Notes under the pieces: model-generated | Databases searched by the model: none | Told to the model about the DNA's origin: nothing | Seen by the model: only the letters and a program-made list of their open reading frames with translations | In this document: positions 60,765-64,000 of the stretch, piece by piece | How the letters are laid out: each line of letters opens with the position of its first letter | Position numbering within the stretch: the stretch's first letter is position 1 | NCBI GenBank assembly: GCA_951406725.2 | Contig: OX597815.1 | Coordinates: 55,428,001 to 55,492,000 of the forward strand | From: Octopus vulgaris | Lineage: Eukaryota | Direction: 5' to 3' | Length of the DNA stretch: 64,000 nucleotides | Translations under genes and position numbers: made by a program

Positions 60765-61577
60765 CTAGCAGCATAGCCCGGCGTTGCCCGGGTATGTAAG
60801 AGCCCCTAGTAGGCAACAACTAATCCCAATCTAGTCCTTTCCCTCTAGGGAACAAAGGCGCATGTGTAGGTTGCAATGTCTTCTCTTCACTCCCAAATAA
60901 CTATCAAACAGCTATCGATAATTCAACCCAACCAATTCCTACCAGGAAGTTATTACATTCGAGACTTTACCCCCAACACCACTTCTGCTAATAGCTGCTG
61001 CAGCTGCAAGTTATTTGAATTCTTTTTTTTGTTTACACTCTCTTTATAACTACCACCCCAAACGTTTTACCTTAAATTTTTGACGTACCCTAAGGGTCCT
61101 CGGACGCTACTTGCAAACTCTTGGTTTATTATAAACCGCTTTTGTCGTGTGCATCAAAAAACCTTTTCCATTCGTTTGTTCAGTTTGGTCACTTTTGACT
61201 TTTTCGTTGTTGTCACTCACATTGCTGCCCGCTTTTTTGCCGTTTTTGTACATTTTTATACATTTTGGGATACTTACCCCATGTGTCCCGAGAGTTAAAA
61301 AGGTCGAGTTGCGTCCCCTAGACAGTCTGTAGAAAATGTGTTGCATATAAAAAGCTTAGATTCTCGACCCATGTCGAATTTATCGATTTTTTTTCAGAAC
61401 TGGGGGAACTTTTCAAAATTTTCTCTGCGTTAGCTTTGAATTATGACATTGGGCTATGCGTGTGTCAAGTTTCATCAGAATCGGTTGAAAGCCGTGGTCA
61501 GGGTGAGGGTACAACCAAACAGACACACAGACGCACAGACACACAGACAGACAAACTGCCGTTTATATATAGAGAGA
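60765..61577 (-). mobile_element. Non-autonomous Helitron, longer sister of 9037-9468
   Basis: A|TC 5' end and hairpin plus CTAG|T 3' end on minus strand; both ends closely match 9037-9468. Confidence 0.82.
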
Positions 61578-61587
61578 TATCTATATG

Positions 61588-61618
<31 letters not shown>

Positions 61619-61661
61619 GTATATATATATGTATATATATATGTATATATATATATGTATG

Positions 61662-61752
<91 letters not shown>

Positions 61753-61797
61753 GTATATGTATATATATATATGTATGTATATATATATGTATGTATA

Positions 61798-61847
<50 letters not shown>
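61578..61847. repeat. (TA)n/(TATG)n microsatellite
   Basis: Direct tandem; explains the spurious N-terminus of ORF 61585-62901. Confidence 0.95.
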
Positions 61848-61850
<3 letters not shown>

Positions 61851-63630
61851 GAAACCAGATATAGCAGATGCGGAAATACACATACCACAGTATGTTGTAT
61901 TACGGACCGCCGATAGAAAAGAAAGGAGTCATGGTGGAGTTGCTATGTACATCTGCAAGGACCTCACACCCCAGGTTCTTTTGCCATACTCAAATTCGGT
62001 GTGTGACACACTAATCGTACATATAAGGCAACTTGGTGTAGTTATATGTGCTACATATCGCCCTCCAGATGCTCCAAGTCATGTAGGCAAGTTTCAAGAC
62101 TGCCTTACAAAAATACAAGTTCTAGTCACATTTGAACAACACATAAGTGTACTTCTTATGGGAGACTTCAATCTGCCCAATGTCAGATGGCCCAATGCCA
62201 AAGAAACAGCTACGGTGCACTACAGGATAGAGCCACTCCTTGAAAGAGATGGTACACTCACAGGAAATCCAATGAGGATAAGTGAAATACTAAATGAGCA
62301 ATTCAAAAGTATTTTCACTCCACTCCTAGGGCATTTTCAAGTCAGCAATCCAACTGACTACTTTACCACTACAGATATAAAATCAGAGGCAACAATGATC
62401 GATTACATCAATATAAAGGAAGACGATGTAATAAGGGCTAAAGATGAAATGAACCCAAACCCAGCCACTGGCCCTGATGGATTCCCAGCAATCCTTCTAA
62501 AAGTATGTAAGCGAGTCCTAGCAAGACCACTGCAGTTCCTCTTTCAGAGCTTCCTTGCAACTGGCAAACTTCCAAGAAAACCGAAGGAGGGTAAAATATG
62601 CCCTATTCATAAAGGAGGTAGCAGAGCAGAGGCCAAGAACTACAGGCCTATCTCTCTGACCTCATACATCAGCAAGGTCATGGAACGAATAGTCAGAAGG
62701 AAACTAATCGCCTTCCTTGAAGAAAATAACTTGCTGCCTGACACCCAGCATGGTTTCCGACCAGGAAGAAGCTGCCTAACTCAGCTCCTACAACACTATA
62801 ACTGGGTACTGAAACAACTGCTCAACCACTCAAATGTGGAAGTGATATATCTAGACTTTGCAAAGGTCTTTGATAAAGTCGATATGTCACAAACTGCGTG
62901 ATCTTGGCATAGTTGGAAAATTGGGAAAATGGCTTCATGACTTTCTGAAGGATAGAAGTCAGGTGGTAGTAGTCAATGGGGGCCACCTCCAATAACATGC
63001 AAATAGTGAGCGCTGTTCTGCAAGGCACTGTTTTGGGATCACTGCTGTTCATAATGGCCCTCTCAGACATGCCCTCAGCCATGCAGAGAGCCACAATCAC
63101 AAGTTATGCAGATGATACAAAAGTTTCACAGGCAATACAGAACCCTGAAGACACTATGCACCTGCAATGTGAGCTGGACAAAATATACAAGTGGGCTGAA
63201 AAGAATAGCATGCAGTTCAATGCTGAAAAGTTTCAAGCTTTATGCTATCAGCATGCAAAACTAAATGCAATACCCAATAAATACACTGGACCTGGAGGGA
63301 TTGCAATCCCAGAGGCACAATCAGTGTGAGACCTGGGTATTTACATGAGTAATGATGCAACCTTTCATGTGCATGTTGCTAAATTGGCAATGAAATGTAG
63401 GCGGCTGACCGGATGGATTCTTGGAGCCTTTAGAACAAGAGACCAGGAAACCGTGATGGTCCTCTGGAGGACACTTGTCCTAAGCCACTTTGACTATTCC
63501 TCTCAGCTATGGTCACCAACGAGTCAGATTAATCACAGAACTTGAGGCGATCCGACAAAGCTACACGAAGAAGATAGCCTCTATAAGCTATTGGGAAAGA
63601 CTCAAGAGATTAAGACTCTATTCCTTAGAG
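61848..63630 (+). mobile_element. Decayed CR1/Jockey-group LINE ORF2 with internal deletion
   Basis: GGVAMY, YRPP, MGDFNLP joined directly to the pre-RT region; [30 protein letters not shown]; frameshifts. Confidence 0.88.
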
Positions 63631-64000
63631 CAGGGGTGGGCGAACTTTTTTGATCGCGGGCCGCACAGTGCGTCTTTGGAACCTTGGCGGGCCTCATTTA
63701 TAAAAATCAAGTGAAAATATTTTTAAAGGCGGTTATAGACCTATAAACAAACAATTGATTGAAAGGAAATTTTGTGAAATATTCCTGGTTAAAGTGATTT
63801 AATTTATTTTTTAGAGTATCGGGTTCATGTTTTTCGGTTATTTGCTCCTATAGTTGAAATTATTACAGGAACCTCGGTTATTTTGGACAGCCTGTTATTG
63901 CTTACAAATTGCCAGGAACGGAATTTTCCTAGTAACATCTGCACTAATTGTGGACAACCACCTCTTAATATTATGGACAACCATGATGAATATTATACTT
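63631..64000. mobile_element. Second copy of the hAT non-autonomous element, cut by the window edge
   Basis: Starts CAGGGGTGGGCGAACTTTTT; near-identical to 29790-30160; inserted in the LINE. Confidence 0.9.

Overview
Eukaryotic, AT-rich and microsatellite-dense DNA that is mostly transposable elements; the SINE/RTE/Helitron repertoire resembles a cephalopod (Octopus-like) genome, which is an inference. Host genes: two intact, intronless, divergently oriented glycogen phosphorylase genes (23419-25926 minus, 44050-46545 plus) and the last coding exon of TMEM129 (58410-58664 minus). Mobile DNA: three independent insertions of one Mag-like Ty3/Gypsy family (each with LTRs, a tRNA-Leu PBS and a 5-bp TSD), a very young non-coding LTR element with a tRNA-Trp PBS, a CR1-like LINE with intact ORF2, RTE, Dong/R4-like and other LINE fragments, Helitrons, mariner/pogo/hAT/Chapaev/piggyBac derivatives and SINEs. 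Most notable observations: (1) the intronless phosphorylase pair has an altered Ser14 region and 280s loop, with CRE-like sites upstream; (2) a U6 snRNA/retroposon-tail chimeric retrocopy; (3) a Gypsy copy carrying a 236-bp near-perfect internal inverted duplication, a candidate hairpin-RNA locus; (4) a G_GGA_AAC -1 slippery site joining LINE ORF1 to an ATG-less ORF2; (5) two Penelope-type minimal hammerhead motifs in opposite orientation; (6) a 5x333-bp tandem array inside a piggyBac MITE. All family assignments are motif recognition by eye, not database searches.
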